From NCBI GenBank assembly GCA_016186825.1, contig JACPKW010000004.1, forward strand, positions 428 through 64,427: a stretch of DNA of 64,000 nt, in the 5' to 3' direction. Shown piece after piece: positions 10,170-18,848 of this stretch. How positions within the stretch are numbered: the first letter of the stretch is position 1; the number at the start of each line of letters is the position of its first letter. Position numbers and translations under genes: made by a program. The DNA is from Candidatus Giovannonibacteria bacterium. Its GTDB lineage: Bacteria; Patescibacteriota; Minisyncoccia; JACPKW01; UBA11713. The notes beneath the pieces were generated by a model. That model was not told the origin of the DNA, did no database searches, and saw only the letters and a list, made by a program, of their open reading frames with translations.

Positions 10170-12011
10170 ATGTGTGGGATAACCGGTTACGTCGGAAAAC
10201 GAAACGCTGCGGAAATTGGGTTGAAACTGCTCGAGAAACTTGTTTATCGTGGATATGATTCTGCCGGATTCGCTTCGCTCGACGGGGCGAATTTTTCAGT
10301 TATGAAGGCCGTGGGGCATATGGATCGGCTTTACGATAAGCTAAACGGTTCAAAACCAAAAGGCGGCGCGGCAATTTGTCACACGCGCTGGGCAACTCAC
10401 GGCATTCCCACGGAAAGGAATGCTCATCCTCATAGCGATTGTGCCGGAAGATATTATGTCGTGCATAACGGGGTCATAGAGAATTACAAAACACTTAAAA
10501 GAGCGCTCGAGGCATCGGGACATGTTTTTGCGTCCGAAACAGATACGGAAGTCCTCGCGCATTTGTTCGAAGAAACCCGAAAAACGACCCCGTCGCTTTT
10601 CGAAGCGGTGCGCCTCGGCTTGCAGCAAGTGCAGGGTACTTTCGGTCTTGTTTTGATTTCGTCTGAAACTCCCGAAACTTTGTATGTCGCGGCGCGATCG
10701 AGCCCGATTTTGCTTGGAAAAGGCGATGGGGAATATTTCATCGCATCAGATCCGCGAGCTCTGATCCTTTACACAAGGGACGTGGAGGAATTGGGTGACG
10801 ATCAGATTGCGGTTGTGACAGCAAAGGGACACCGAGTTTACGATTTGGACGGGGTTGCAAGATCCTTGAAGGCGCAGCGAATCGAGTGGTCTGAAGATGA
10901 GGCGGAAAAGGGCGGATATCGCCACTTTATGGAAAAAGAAATTTTTTCCGGTCCTGAAGCTGTCGCGAATTCGATTCGAGGGCGTTTACTTATCAAAGAA
11001 GGAAACGCGCGGCTTGGCGGATTAAATGTTGACGGAGTTTTGGAACGTCTTTCGAGCGCAAAGCGGATTTATCTCTCGGGGTGCGGAACATCGTACTATG
11101 CCGCTCTATTCGGACAATATCTGTTAAAGCAGGCCGGAATTCCGGCGGAGGCGGGAATCGCGTCGGAGTTTCGCTACTCTCCGCCGATTTTTGATCCGGA
11201 CGATGTGGTAGTGCTGATGTCGCAGTCCGGAGAAACCGCGGATACCATCGGATTTTTGAGGGAGGCGAAAAAGAAAGTCCTGACGCTTGGCATTGTGAAC
11301 GTGGTGGGATCAAAAATAGCGCGTGACACGGACGCGGGGATTTACCAGCACATCAGTCCAGAGGTTGGGGTTGCTTCCACGAAGGCGTTCATTTCGCAGA
11401 TAACGATACTTTCCTTGTTTACTCTTCTCCTCGCGCGCCAACGCGGAATGCCAGTTGAGAATGGGCAAATGATTGCCCAATCCATTGCGCGGGTTCCGGA
11501 CCTGATGCAGTCCATGCTTTCAGATGAGGGGTGGATCAAGCACATCGCAGATCTTTCCCAAAAATACGTGAATTACACTAACTTCCTCTATTTGGGGCGC
11601 GGGATAAATTATCCGACAGCTTTGGAGGGTGCACTTAAACTGAAGGAGGTGAGTTATATTCATGCTGAAGGCTATCCGGCAGGTGAGATGAAGCATGGGC
11701 CTATTGCGATGATAGATGAAAACTTTGTATCAGTTTTCATAGTTCCAGAAAACGGTCATCGCCAGCGCGTTTTTTCAAATATGGAAGAAATCCGGGCGCG
11801 TTATGGGCCGGTTCTTGCTGTGGCAACGGCGGGCGACCTGGAAGTTAACGAACATGCCGATGACATAATTACAATACCGCCTATCGAGGACACTTTGAGC
11901 CCGATTTTGGCAACAGTCCCGCTTCAGCTTTTTGCATACAAAGTGGGAACAGCGAAGGGCATCAATGTCGATATGCCTCGAAATCTGGCGAAAAGCGTTA
12001 CCGTCGAATAA
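10170..12011 (+). CDS. glmS: Glutamine--fructose-6-phosphate aminotransferase
   Basis: MCGITGYVG (Cys2 Ntn amidotransferase start), tandem SIS domains and a C-terminal ...TVE. The ORF-track start at 10152 is trimmed to the Met preceding Cys, which follows the RBS AGGGGGTG. Confidence 0.9.
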   Translation: MCGITGYVGKRNAAEIGLKLLEKLVYRGYDSAGFASLDGANFSVMKAVGHMDRLYDKLNGSKPKGGAAICHTRWATHGIPTERNAHPHSDCAGRYYVVHNGVIENYKTLKRALEASGHVFASETDTEVLAHLFEETRKTTPSLFEAVRLGLQQVQGTFGLVLISSETPETLYVAARSSPILLGKGDGEYFIASDPRALILYTRDVEELGDDQIAVVTAKGHRVYDLDGVARSLKAQRIEWSEDEAEKGGYRHFMEKEIFSGPEAVANSIRGRLLIKEGNARLGGLNVDGVLERLSSAKRIYLSGCGTSYYAALFGQYLLKQAGIPAEAGIASEFRYSPPIFDPDDVVVLMSQSGETADTIGFLREAKKKVLTLGIVNVVGSKIARDTDAGIYQHISPEVGVASTKAFISQITILSLFTLLLARQRGMPVENGQMIAQSIARVPDLMQSMLSDEGWIKHIADLSQKYVNYTNFLYLGRGINYPTALEGALKLKEVSYIHAEGYPAGEMKHGPIAMIDENFVSVFIVPENGHRQRVFSNMEEIRARYGPVLAVATAGDLEVNEHADDIITIPPIEDTLSPILATVPLQLFAYKVGTAKGINVDMPRNLAKSVTVE

Positions 12012-12032
12012 ATATCGGCAAACAAAAACCTA

Positions 12033-12067
12033 ACGGGGAGCTCGCTCTGGCTCCCCGTTTTTTTTTC
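12033..12067 (+). terminator. Rho-independent terminator after glmS
   Basis: Hairpin CGGGGAGC-TCGCTCTG-GCTCCCCG followed by a T9 run. Confidence 0.7.
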
Positions 12068-12112
12068 TTAGGATTGAAAAATGGTCTGAAAAATTTTAAT
12101 ATTTTTAAATAC

Positions 12113-14647
12113 ATGAAATATGCGGCGATAGAGAAAAAATGGAATAAGCTCTGGCGGAAAGCCGGAGTTTTTGAGCCTGACTTTAAGCGCGCCAAGAAAC
12201 CCTTTTATAATTTGATGATGTTTCCTTATCCTTCTGCGGAGGGGCTTCATGTCGGTAATATGTATGCATTTACCGGTTCCGATATTTACGGTCGCTTTAA
12301 GCGTATGCAGGGGAATGATGTTTTTGAGCCGATTGGCCTCGATGGGTTCGGAATCCACTCGGAAAATTATGCGATGAAAGTCGGGCAACATCCGGCGCGG
12401 CAGGCAAAAATTTCAGAGAAAAATTTTTACCGCCAGCTTGAAATGATTGGAAACGGATTTTCGTGGAATGAAAAGCTTGAAACTTATGATCCGACATATT
12501 ATAAGTGGACGCAATGGATTTTTGTGCAGATGTTTAAGCACGGCCTCGCTTATCGCAAAAAAAAGGCAGTGAATTGGTGCCCGAGCTGCATGACTGTTTT
12601 GGCGGATGAGCAGGTGATAGGAGGCGAATGCGAACGCTGTTTGACAAAGGTCATTAATAAAGATTTGGAGCAGTGGTTTTTTAGAATAACAAAATATGCA
12701 GAGAAACTTTTAAATGACCTCGAAAAAATTGATTGGTCGGGAAAAGTAAAAATTGCGCAGAGAAATTGGATCGGGAAATCCGAAGGCGCTCTGATCAGAT
12801 TCCCCCTAGTGTTTTCCCTATTGACATCCGATGTCAATAAAGGGGCCAGAATGGGAAATGTTGCTGTCGAGATATTTACTACAAGGCCCGACACGTTATT
12901 CGGGGCGACCTATATCGTTTTGTCGCCGGATCATGAAATTATTGAAAAAGTCAAAGCTCAAATTTCAAATCTCAAAGAAGTTGAAAATTATATTTTGGAC
13001 GCGAAGAAAAAAACTGCTGAAGAAAGGGAGGAAGCAATGGAAAAAACAGGGGCAGAGTTGAAAGGAATTTATGCGATTAATCCCGCGAATCAAGAAAAAA
13101 TTCCTGTTTGGATTTCGGATTATGTGTTGGCCGGTTATGGCACGGGCGCTATTATGGCGGTTCCGGCGTCAGACGCCCGCGATTTTGAATTTGCAAAAAA
13201 GTTTAATTTACCGGTTCGAAAAGTCGTTTTGCCGAAACCATTATTTTCAATTGTTCGAAATGCGGAAGACCTCGCGGCAGGCGCAAAACAAACATTACGC
13301 GTTGCTGGTGAATGTTACGAAGGTAGCGGAGAACTCATCAATTCAGGAGAGTTCAGCAGTATGGATTCCGAAAAAGCCAAATGGGAAATTACAAAATTTG
13401 TGGGCGGTAAACGTAAAACCCAATATCGCCTGCGTGATTGGCTGATTTCGCGCCAGCGCTATTGGGGGCCTCCGATTCCAATGATTTATTGCGAAAAATG
13501 CGCGGATGCCGGAAAAGGCGAGCGAAAGGAAATGCCGGGATGGTATGCGGTTTTGGCAAAAGATTTACCTGTTAAACTTCCATATATAAAGGATTTCCGT
13601 CCAAGAGGTTCAGGCGTTTCTCCGCTGGCGCGTTATCCAAAATTTTTTAAGGCGAAATGTCCGAAATGCAGTTCCATAGCGCGGCGCGAAACAGATGTAT
13701 CTGATACATTTCTCGATTCTGCTTGGTATTATTTGCGATACATAGATCCTAAAAATAATAAAGAAATTTTTTCCGATAAATTGGCCAGAAAATGGCTTCC
13801 TGTCGATATGTATATCGGTGGCGCGGAACATTCGGTTTTGCATTTGCTCTATGTGCGTTTTCTTGCAAAAGTTTTTAATGACATGAAACTCACCCATTTT
13901 GACGAACCTTTTTTAAAATTCCGCGCGCACGGTTTGATCGTCAAGGACGGGGCAAAAATGTCCAAGTCAAAAGGCAATGTAGTGAATCCGGACCAATTTA
14001 TAAAGAAATTTGGAGCTGACGCGCTTCGAATGTATCTAATGTTTATCGGCCCATTTGAAGAAGGGGGCGATTTTCGCGATCAGGGGATCCTCGGCATTAC
14101 AAGATTTCTTGCGCGCGTTGAAAAAATATCGCTAAAAATTTCAAAGAGTTTGAAAGCCGGACTTTCTGAAAGCTCTGAAATTTTTTTGCATCAGTCCATA
14201 AAAAAGATAACGGAGGATACAGAAAATTTGCGATACAATACTGCAATTTCACAGCTCATGATTTTATTAAATCATCTCGAAGAGCTTCCCGAAATTCCGA
14301 GAAAAACTTATGAAACTTTTCTGAAACTGCTCGCCCCGTATGCGCCTTATATAAGCGAGGAGCTTTATCAGATGTTTAGCAGAAAGAAAACTTTTGGGAA
14401 AAAAGATTCACTCCACTTATCAGTTTGGCCTAAATATAATTTAAAAAAAGTAATAGAAGAAAGTTTTTATTTAGTCGTTCAGGTCAACGGACGGGTCAGG
14501 TCCACCATCAAGGCTAAAAGGGGAATATCACAGCTTGAAGCAGAGGCACTTGCCAAAAAGGACAATAATGTGTTAAAATATATGAGCACTGAAAATCTGA
14601 AAAAAGTCATATTTGTGCCAGACAAACTTATCAATTTCGTCTTATAA
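12113..14647 (+). CDS. leuS: Leucine--tRNA ligase
   Basis: MKYAAIEKKWNKLW start typical of LeuS, HIGH-like HVGN, a CP1 editing domain and KMSKS (KMSKSKGNVV). The ORF-track start at 12074 is trimmed. Confidence 0.9.
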   Translation: MKYAAIEKKWNKLWRKAGVFEPDFKRAKKPFYNLMMFPYPSAEGLHVGNMYAFTGSDIYGRFKRMQGNDVFEPIGLDGFGIHSENYAMKVGQHPARQAKISEKNFYRQLEMIGNGFSWNEKLETYDPTYYKWTQWIFVQMFKHGLAYRKKKAVNWCPSCMTVLADEQVIGGECERCLTKVINKDLEQWFFRITKYAEKLLNDLEKIDWSGKVKIAQRNWIGKSEGALIRFPLVFSLLTSDVNKGARMGNVAVEIFTTRPDTLFGATYIVLSPDHEIIEKVKAQISNLKEVENYILDAKKKTAEEREEAMEKTGAELKGIYAINPANQEKIPVWISDYVLAGYGTGAIMAVPASDARDFEFAKKFNLPVRKVVLPKPLFSIVRNAEDLAAGAKQTLRVAGECYEGSGELINSGEFSSMDSEKAKWEITKFVGGKRKTQYRLRDWLISRQRYWGPPIPMIYCEKCADAGKGERKEMPGWYAVLAKDLPVKLPYIKDFRPRGSGVSPLARYPKFFKAKCPKCSSIARRETDVSDTFLDSAWYYLRYIDPKNNKEIFSDKLARKWLPVDMYIGGAEHSVLHLLYVRFLAKVFNDMKLTHFDEPFLKFRAHGLIVKDGAKMSKSKGNVVNPDQFIKKFGADALRMYLMFIGPFEEGGDFRDQGILGITRFLARVEKISLKISKSLKAGLSESSEIFLHQSIKKITEDTENLRYNTAISQLMILLNHLEELPEIPRKTYETFLKLLAPYAPYISEELYQMFSRKKTFGKKDSLHLSVWPKYNLKKVIEESFYLVVQVNGRVRSTIKAKRGISQLEAEALAKKDNNVLKYMSTENLKKVIFVPDKLINFVL

Positions 14648-14659
14648 AATAACGAAAAA

Positions 14660-15352
14660 ATGAAAGCAGTAATCCCATGCGCGGGAGAGGGCGTTCGAAT
14701 GCGTCCTCTTACGCTTACTCGCCCAAAACAACTTTTAGAGTTCAAAGAACGACCAATTCTTGAGCATATTTTTGAGTCTTTGCCGGATTCAGTTACCGAT
14801 GTGGTATTGGTAATCGGGTATTTGGGCGATCAGATTAAAAGTCATTTTGGTGAAAAATTCGCGGGGAAAAATATTCAATATCTTTGGCAGAAAGAAAAAC
14901 TGGGAACGGCTCATGCGCTCGGACTTGCAAAAGAAATACTCGGAAAAGACCGTTTTTTAATGCTGTACGGCGATGATTTGATTGATAAAAAAAGCATCTC
15001 GAAATTGCTAAACCATGATTTGGCTTTGCTCGTTAAAGAGGTCCCGGATCCGAGAAGGTTCGGAGTTGTGCTTACGGACGAAAAGGGAAAAATTATTGAG
15101 CTGTTGGAAAAACCGGAAAATCCGCCCTCAAAATTGGCGTCAACCGGAGTAAAAATTCTGGATTCGCGCATTTTTGAATATCCCGCGGCAAAGCATCCTA
15201 ACGGCGAATATTATATTACTGATTCTTTGGCAAAGCTTGCGAGAAATCACGATATTTTTATTGAACATGCTGATTCTTGGGTAACTTTTGGAACTCCGGA
15301 AGACTTGGAGCGCTTCAATGCGGATTTTAAAGTTGTCACGGGAAAAATTTGA
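14660..15352 (+). CDS. Sugar-phosphate nucleotidyltransferase (NTP_transferase fold)
   Basis: MKAVIPCAGEGVRMRPLTLTRPKQLL, the G-x-G-x-R-x-n-K signature of glucose-1-P nucleotidyltransferases. 230 aa with no hexapeptide C-domain. Confidence 0.75.
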   Translation: MKAVIPCAGEGVRMRPLTLTRPKQLLEFKERPILEHIFESLPDSVTDVVLVIGYLGDQIKSHFGEKFAGKNIQYLWQKEKLGTAHALGLAKEILGKDRFLMLYGDDLIDKKSISKLLNHDLALLVKEVPDPRRFGVVLTDEKGKIIELLEKPENPPSKLASTGVKILDSRIFEYPAAKHPNGEYYITDSLAKLARNHDIFIEHADSWVTFGTPEDLERFNADFKVVTGKI

Positions 15353-15944
15353 TTCTCTGATTGATGAAGCTTCCAACTTCCTTAATAAAGGAGGTGTAAT
15401 AATCATTCCCACTGACACGGTTTATGGATTTGCGGCGGATGCCACGAATTCGGAGGCGGTAGCTAAAATTTTCAAAATCAAGCAAAGGCCGGAAGAAAAA
15501 TCTTTTCCGGTTTTTGTTGGTTCCATTGATGCCGCAGAGAAAATAGCCGTAATTAATGCTCCACAAATAAAATTTTTAAAAAAAATTTGGCCCGGAAAAG
15601 TAACATGCGTTTTTAATGTTAAGCAAAAATTAGCGGCTGGAACTTTTTTTGGGAATACTGTTGCGATTAGAATTCCCGACAATGGTTTTGTTTTAAAGCT
15701 GCTTTTAAGATTGGGCAAACCGCTTGCTCAAAGTTCGGCAAATATTTCAGGAAAGTCGGATTCTCTAAAAATCGCGGATATTATTAAAGAATTTGAAAAA
15801 AGAGAAAATAAGCCTGATTTGATAATTGATTCTGGAGATTTGGCTGATTCTCTCCCCTCGACAATAGTTGATTTAACCGGAGATGAGCCGAAAATTTTGC
15901 GCGAGGGGGCTGTCTCGAAAGCAGCGATTTTTGCGCTATACTGA
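15318..15944 (+). CDS. tsaC: L-threonylcarbamoyladenylate synthase (YrdC/TsaC family)
   Basis: YrdC signature GGVIIIPTDTVYGFAADATNSEAV...KQRPEEKSFPVFVGS. Start moved to the ATG at 15318 (MRILKL...). Overlaps the upstream gene by 35 bp. Confidence 0.8.
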   Translation: MRILKLSREKFDSLIDEASNFLNKGGVIIIPTDTVYGFAADATNSEAVAKIFKIKQRPEEKSFPVFVGSIDAAEKIAVINAPQIKFLKKIWPGKVTCVFNVKQKLAAGTFFGNTVAIRIPDNGFVLKLLLRLGKPLAQSSANISGKSDSLKIADIIKEFEKRENKPDLIIDSGDLADSLPSTIVDLTGDEPKILREGAVSKAAIFALY

Positions 15945-15948
15945 AAAA

Positions 15949-17121
15949 GTGAAGGACAAGGTATTAGAAAAACTTATCAAGTCCGAAGAAAAACGCCAAA
16001 AAGGCGTGATTAATTTAATTGCGTCCGAAAATTATGCGTCAAAAGACGTGCTTTCCGCGCTTGGATCGGTGCTCACAAACAAATACGCCGAAGGATACCC
16101 GGAAAAAAGATATTACGGAGGAAACCAAATAGTTGATAAAATTGAAAATTTGGCGCGCGCGCGCTCACTAAAACTTTTTGGCCTATCGCAAGAAAAATGG
16201 GATTCAAATGTCCAGCCTTACTCCGGAACGCCCGCTAACGCCGAAATATATTCGGCGCTCGTGCCCGCAGGAGAAAAAATAATGGGTTTGCGCCTGGATA
16301 TGGGTGGTCACTTGTCGCACGGGCACAAAGTATCTTTTACTGGCAAATTTTGGCAGCAAATTTCATACGGCGTCTCTCAAAAAACTGAAATGCTTAATTA
16401 TGAAGAAATCGCGGAAATTGCAAAGAAGGAACGTCCGAAGTTGATTGTGGCGGGATTCACGGCTTATTCGCGGATCATAGATTTTAAAAAATTCAGAAAA
16501 ATTGCCGATGATGCTGGGGCGATTTTGCTTATAGATATGTCTCATTTTTCCGGATTGGTTGCGGGAGGAGTTTATCCGTCGCCGTTTCCTTATGCGGATA
16601 TTGTAATGACAACCACTCACAAGACTTTGCGCGGACCGAGGGGCGCGATAATTTTTTCTAAAAAAGAGTTTTCGACCGCGATCGATAAAGCGGTTTTCCC
16701 CGGATTCCAAGGAGGTCCGCATGAAAATAATATTGCGGCGATCGCAGTTGCTCTGAAAGAAGCAATGAGCCCGGCTTTTAAAAAATACGCGCGTCAGATT
16801 GTTAAAAATGCAAAAGTTTTAGCAGCAGAACTTCAGAACAAAGGCTGGAGAATAATTTCAGGCGGCACGGATACCCATTTATTTTTAATGGATACATGGT
16901 CAAGAGGAATTTCCGGAAAAGCCGCGCAGGATTTGCTCGAGGCCAAAGGAATTGTCGTAAACAAAAATACGATTCCTTTCGACATACGTTCTCCTTTCGA
17001 TCCTTCTGGAATCCGAATTGGTACTCCCGCGGTTACAACACAAGGGATGAAAGCAAAAGACATGAAGGCAGTTGCAAAAAAAATTAACGAAATACTTTCC
17101 GGCGGGAGAAAGTTCAATTAA
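15949..17121 (+). CDS. glyA: Serine hydroxymethyltransferase
   Basis: LIASENY, a PLP site TTTHKTLRGPRGA, and SGT...GHLSHG. The likely GTG start at 15949 (MKDKVLEKL) lies just after the tsaC stop. The ORF-track upstream extension overlaps tsaC. Confidence 0.9.
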   Translation: MKDKVLEKLIKSEEKRQKGVINLIASENYASKDVLSALGSVLTNKYAEGYPEKRYYGGNQIVDKIENLARARSLKLFGLSQEKWDSNVQPYSGTPANAEIYSALVPAGEKIMGLRLDMGGHLSHGHKVSFTGKFWQQISYGVSQKTEMLNYEEIAEIAKKERPKLIVAGFTAYSRIIDFKKFRKIADDAGAILLIDMSHFSGLVAGGVYPSPFPYADIVMTTTHKTLRGPRGAIIFSKKEFSTAIDKAVFPGFQGGPHENNIAAIAVALKEAMSPAFKKYARQIVKNAKVLAAELQNKGWRIISGGTDTHLFLMDTWSRGISGKAAQDLLEAKGIVVNKNTIPFDIRSPFDPSGIRIGTPAVTTQGMKAKDMKAVAKKINEILSGGRKFN

Positions 17122-17125
17122 GTCA

Positions 17126-17941
17126 ATGATAATTGATGGTAGAGCGCTAGCGCAAAAAATTAAAGATTCGCTTCGCGCGGAAGTTTTAAGTTTTAATAAA
17201 AAAATTCGTTTGGCGGTGATTAAAGTTGGAAGTGATTCTGTCATGGAGAGATTTATCTCGCAAAAGAAAAAAGTTGCGGAAGAAATCGGGATTGATGTGC
17301 GGATTTACGAATTTCTAGAGGATATTTCCACAAATAAACTTCGCGAAAAAGTTTCTGAAATCGTCCATATTACAGAAAACGATGGAGTCATAATTCAACT
17401 GCCCTTGCCTCCGCAAATAAATTCGCAATATATTTTGGATGCAATAATACCTGAAAAAGATCCTGATATGCTTTCCTCAAAAAGCTGGGGAGCGTTTGCA
17501 ACAGGAAAATCAAAAATTTTACCCCCGGTTGTAGGAGCGATCAAAACCATTTTGGACGAAAGTAAGATCAGCCCTAAAGGAAAAAATATCGTAATCGTGG
17601 GTGCGGGAAAGCTTGTTGGAAAACCTGCCGCAACTTGGTTTTTAAATCAAGGCGCAACTGCTTCTGTGGTAGATGAAAATACTAAAAATCCACATGATTT
17701 TACTACAAAAGCAGATATTATTGTAACTGGTGCAGGGAAGCCCGGCATTATTAAGCCCGAGATGGTTAAAGAAGGAGTAATTGCGATTGACGCTGGAACT
17801 TCGGAATCAGCTGGGAAATTAGTAGGCGATATTGATCCGGAAATTGCTGACAAAGCTTCTATTTACTCTCCTGTGCCTGGCGGAGTCGGTCCGTTAACTG
17901 TAGTTTACTTGTTCAAGAATTTAATCGATTTATCAAAGTGA
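17126..17941 (+). CDS. folD: Bifunctional methylenetetrahydrofolate dehydrogenase/cyclohydrolase
   Basis: MIIDGRALAQKIKDSL start, a VGAGKLVGKP Rossmann motif and C-terminal PGGVGPLTV. The ATG at 17126 is 4 nt after the glyA stop. Confidence 0.9.
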   Translation: MIIDGRALAQKIKDSLRAEVLSFNKKIRLAVIKVGSDSVMERFISQKKKVAEEIGIDVRIYEFLEDISTNKLREKVSEIVHITENDGVIIQLPLPPQINSQYILDAIIPEKDPDMLSSKSWGAFATGKSKILPPVVGAIKTILDESKISPKGKNIVIVGAGKLVGKPAATWFLNQGATASVVDENTKNPHDFTTKADIIVTGAGKPGIIKPEMVKEGVIAIDAGTSESAGKLVGDIDPEIADKASIYSPVPGGVGPLTVVYLFKNLIDLSK

Positions 17942-18531
17942 ATTTTTTTAAACAAAGACTTAAGCGCGGCTTTACGTTAATCGAGCTTCTCGTCGTGATT
18001 TCAATCATATCTTTGCTTGCGAGCGTTACATTGGCTTCAACCAAAGAAGCGCGAAGGAAAGCGCGGGATGCGCGGCGTCTGCAGGATATGCGCCAAATAA
18101 CTATTGCGCTCGAATTATATTACGGAGAGCATGGAAAATATCCTTTAGCTGATCCGGGCGGCCAGAAAGTTTGTGTTGTTCGAAGCAGCGCCTCATGGGT
18201 CGGAGGCGACTGCATTGTTGTTCAAGATCTTAATAGCGAACTAGCGTCTTATATTCGATCCCTCCCGGTTGATCCTCTAAACAACAATGGCGGTTTTCCT
18301 CCTTTTATTTGCTGCGGGTATACATATTTTGTTAGGCCTGACGGATCGGACTACGATTTAATATCGATTTTCGAGGATGATAACGCACAAAGATGCTCGC
18401 GTAGAAATTGGGTATCTCACACTGGCGGTTGGCCTCCGCCGCTTCCCGAGTACCCCGGGGTTGGAAATTCATGGTGCGGAAGTAACATGACCCCCTTTCC
18501 AGATGCCCAATACATTTGGGCGGATCATTAA
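17938..18531 (+). CDS. Prepilin-type N-terminal cleavage/methylation domain protein (pilin-like) with a Cys/Trp/Pro-rich C-terminus
   Basis: KRGFTLIELLVVISIISLLAS is a class III signal motif. The GTG start overlaps the folD stop (GTGA). The C-terminal region carries CCGYTYF and WCGS cysteine pairs. Confidence 0.65.
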   Translation: MNFFKQRLKRGFTLIELLVVISIISLLASVTLASTKEARRKARDARRLQDMRQITIALELYYGEHGKYPLADPGGQKVCVVRSSASWVGGDCIVVQDLNSELASYIRSLPVDPLNNNGGFPPFICCGYTYFVRPDGSDYDLISIFEDDNAQRCSRRNWVSHTGGWPPPLPEYPGVGNSWCGSNMTPFPDAQYIWADH

Positions 18532-18562
18532 TATAAGAATATTTTTCACAGTTCTCCGCGAC

Positions 18563-18602
18563 AAAAAACTTTGTTTTGTGCCTCGGGAGGGGGTCGGTCA
18601 CA
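18563..18602 (-). repeat. Imperfect ~40-bp direct duplicate of the tRNA-Leu 3' end plus its flank
   Basis: gcgacaaaaaactttgttttgtgcctcgggagggggtcg matches 18714-18753 (gcgataaaaaacaatcgttttgtgccgcgggagggggtcg). A 24-bp core has 23/24 identity. Confidence 0.7.
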
Positions 18603-18728
18603 ACTCTCGCTTCGCTCGGTCGCGACCCCGCCTCGCGGTCCCGCTAAAAGCGGGACATCGTTCCGGCTTTCGACCCCTCACGCAAACGAAAAAATTCGTT
18701 TGCTCCGCGATAAAAAACAATCGTTTTG

Positions 18729-18812
18729 TGCCGCGGGAGGGGGTCGAACCCTCATGAGCTTGCGCCCGCAGGATTTTGAGTCCTGTGCGTCTGCCAGTTC
18801 CGCCACCGCGGC
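18729..18812 (-). tRNA. tRNA-Leu (anticodon CAA), type II with a long variable arm
   Basis: Manual fold: acceptor GCCGCGG/CCGCGGC, anticodon stem CAGGA/TCCTG with loop CTCAAAA, a 15-nt variable arm and T-loop GGTTCGA. No encoded CCA. Confidence 0.8.
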
Positions 18813-18848
18813 ATCTGTGAATATTAGGTTACTAAAAAATATTGTCAA

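Noticed and set aside
12068-12497. Minus-strand ORFs antisense to leuS, and similar internal antisense ORFs throughout (for example 521..901, 2584..3161, 19245..19706, 20326..20907, 43354..43551, 44733..45141)
   Set aside because: They are embedded antisense in strongly supported conserved genes. They have no motifs and are typical shadow ORFs.
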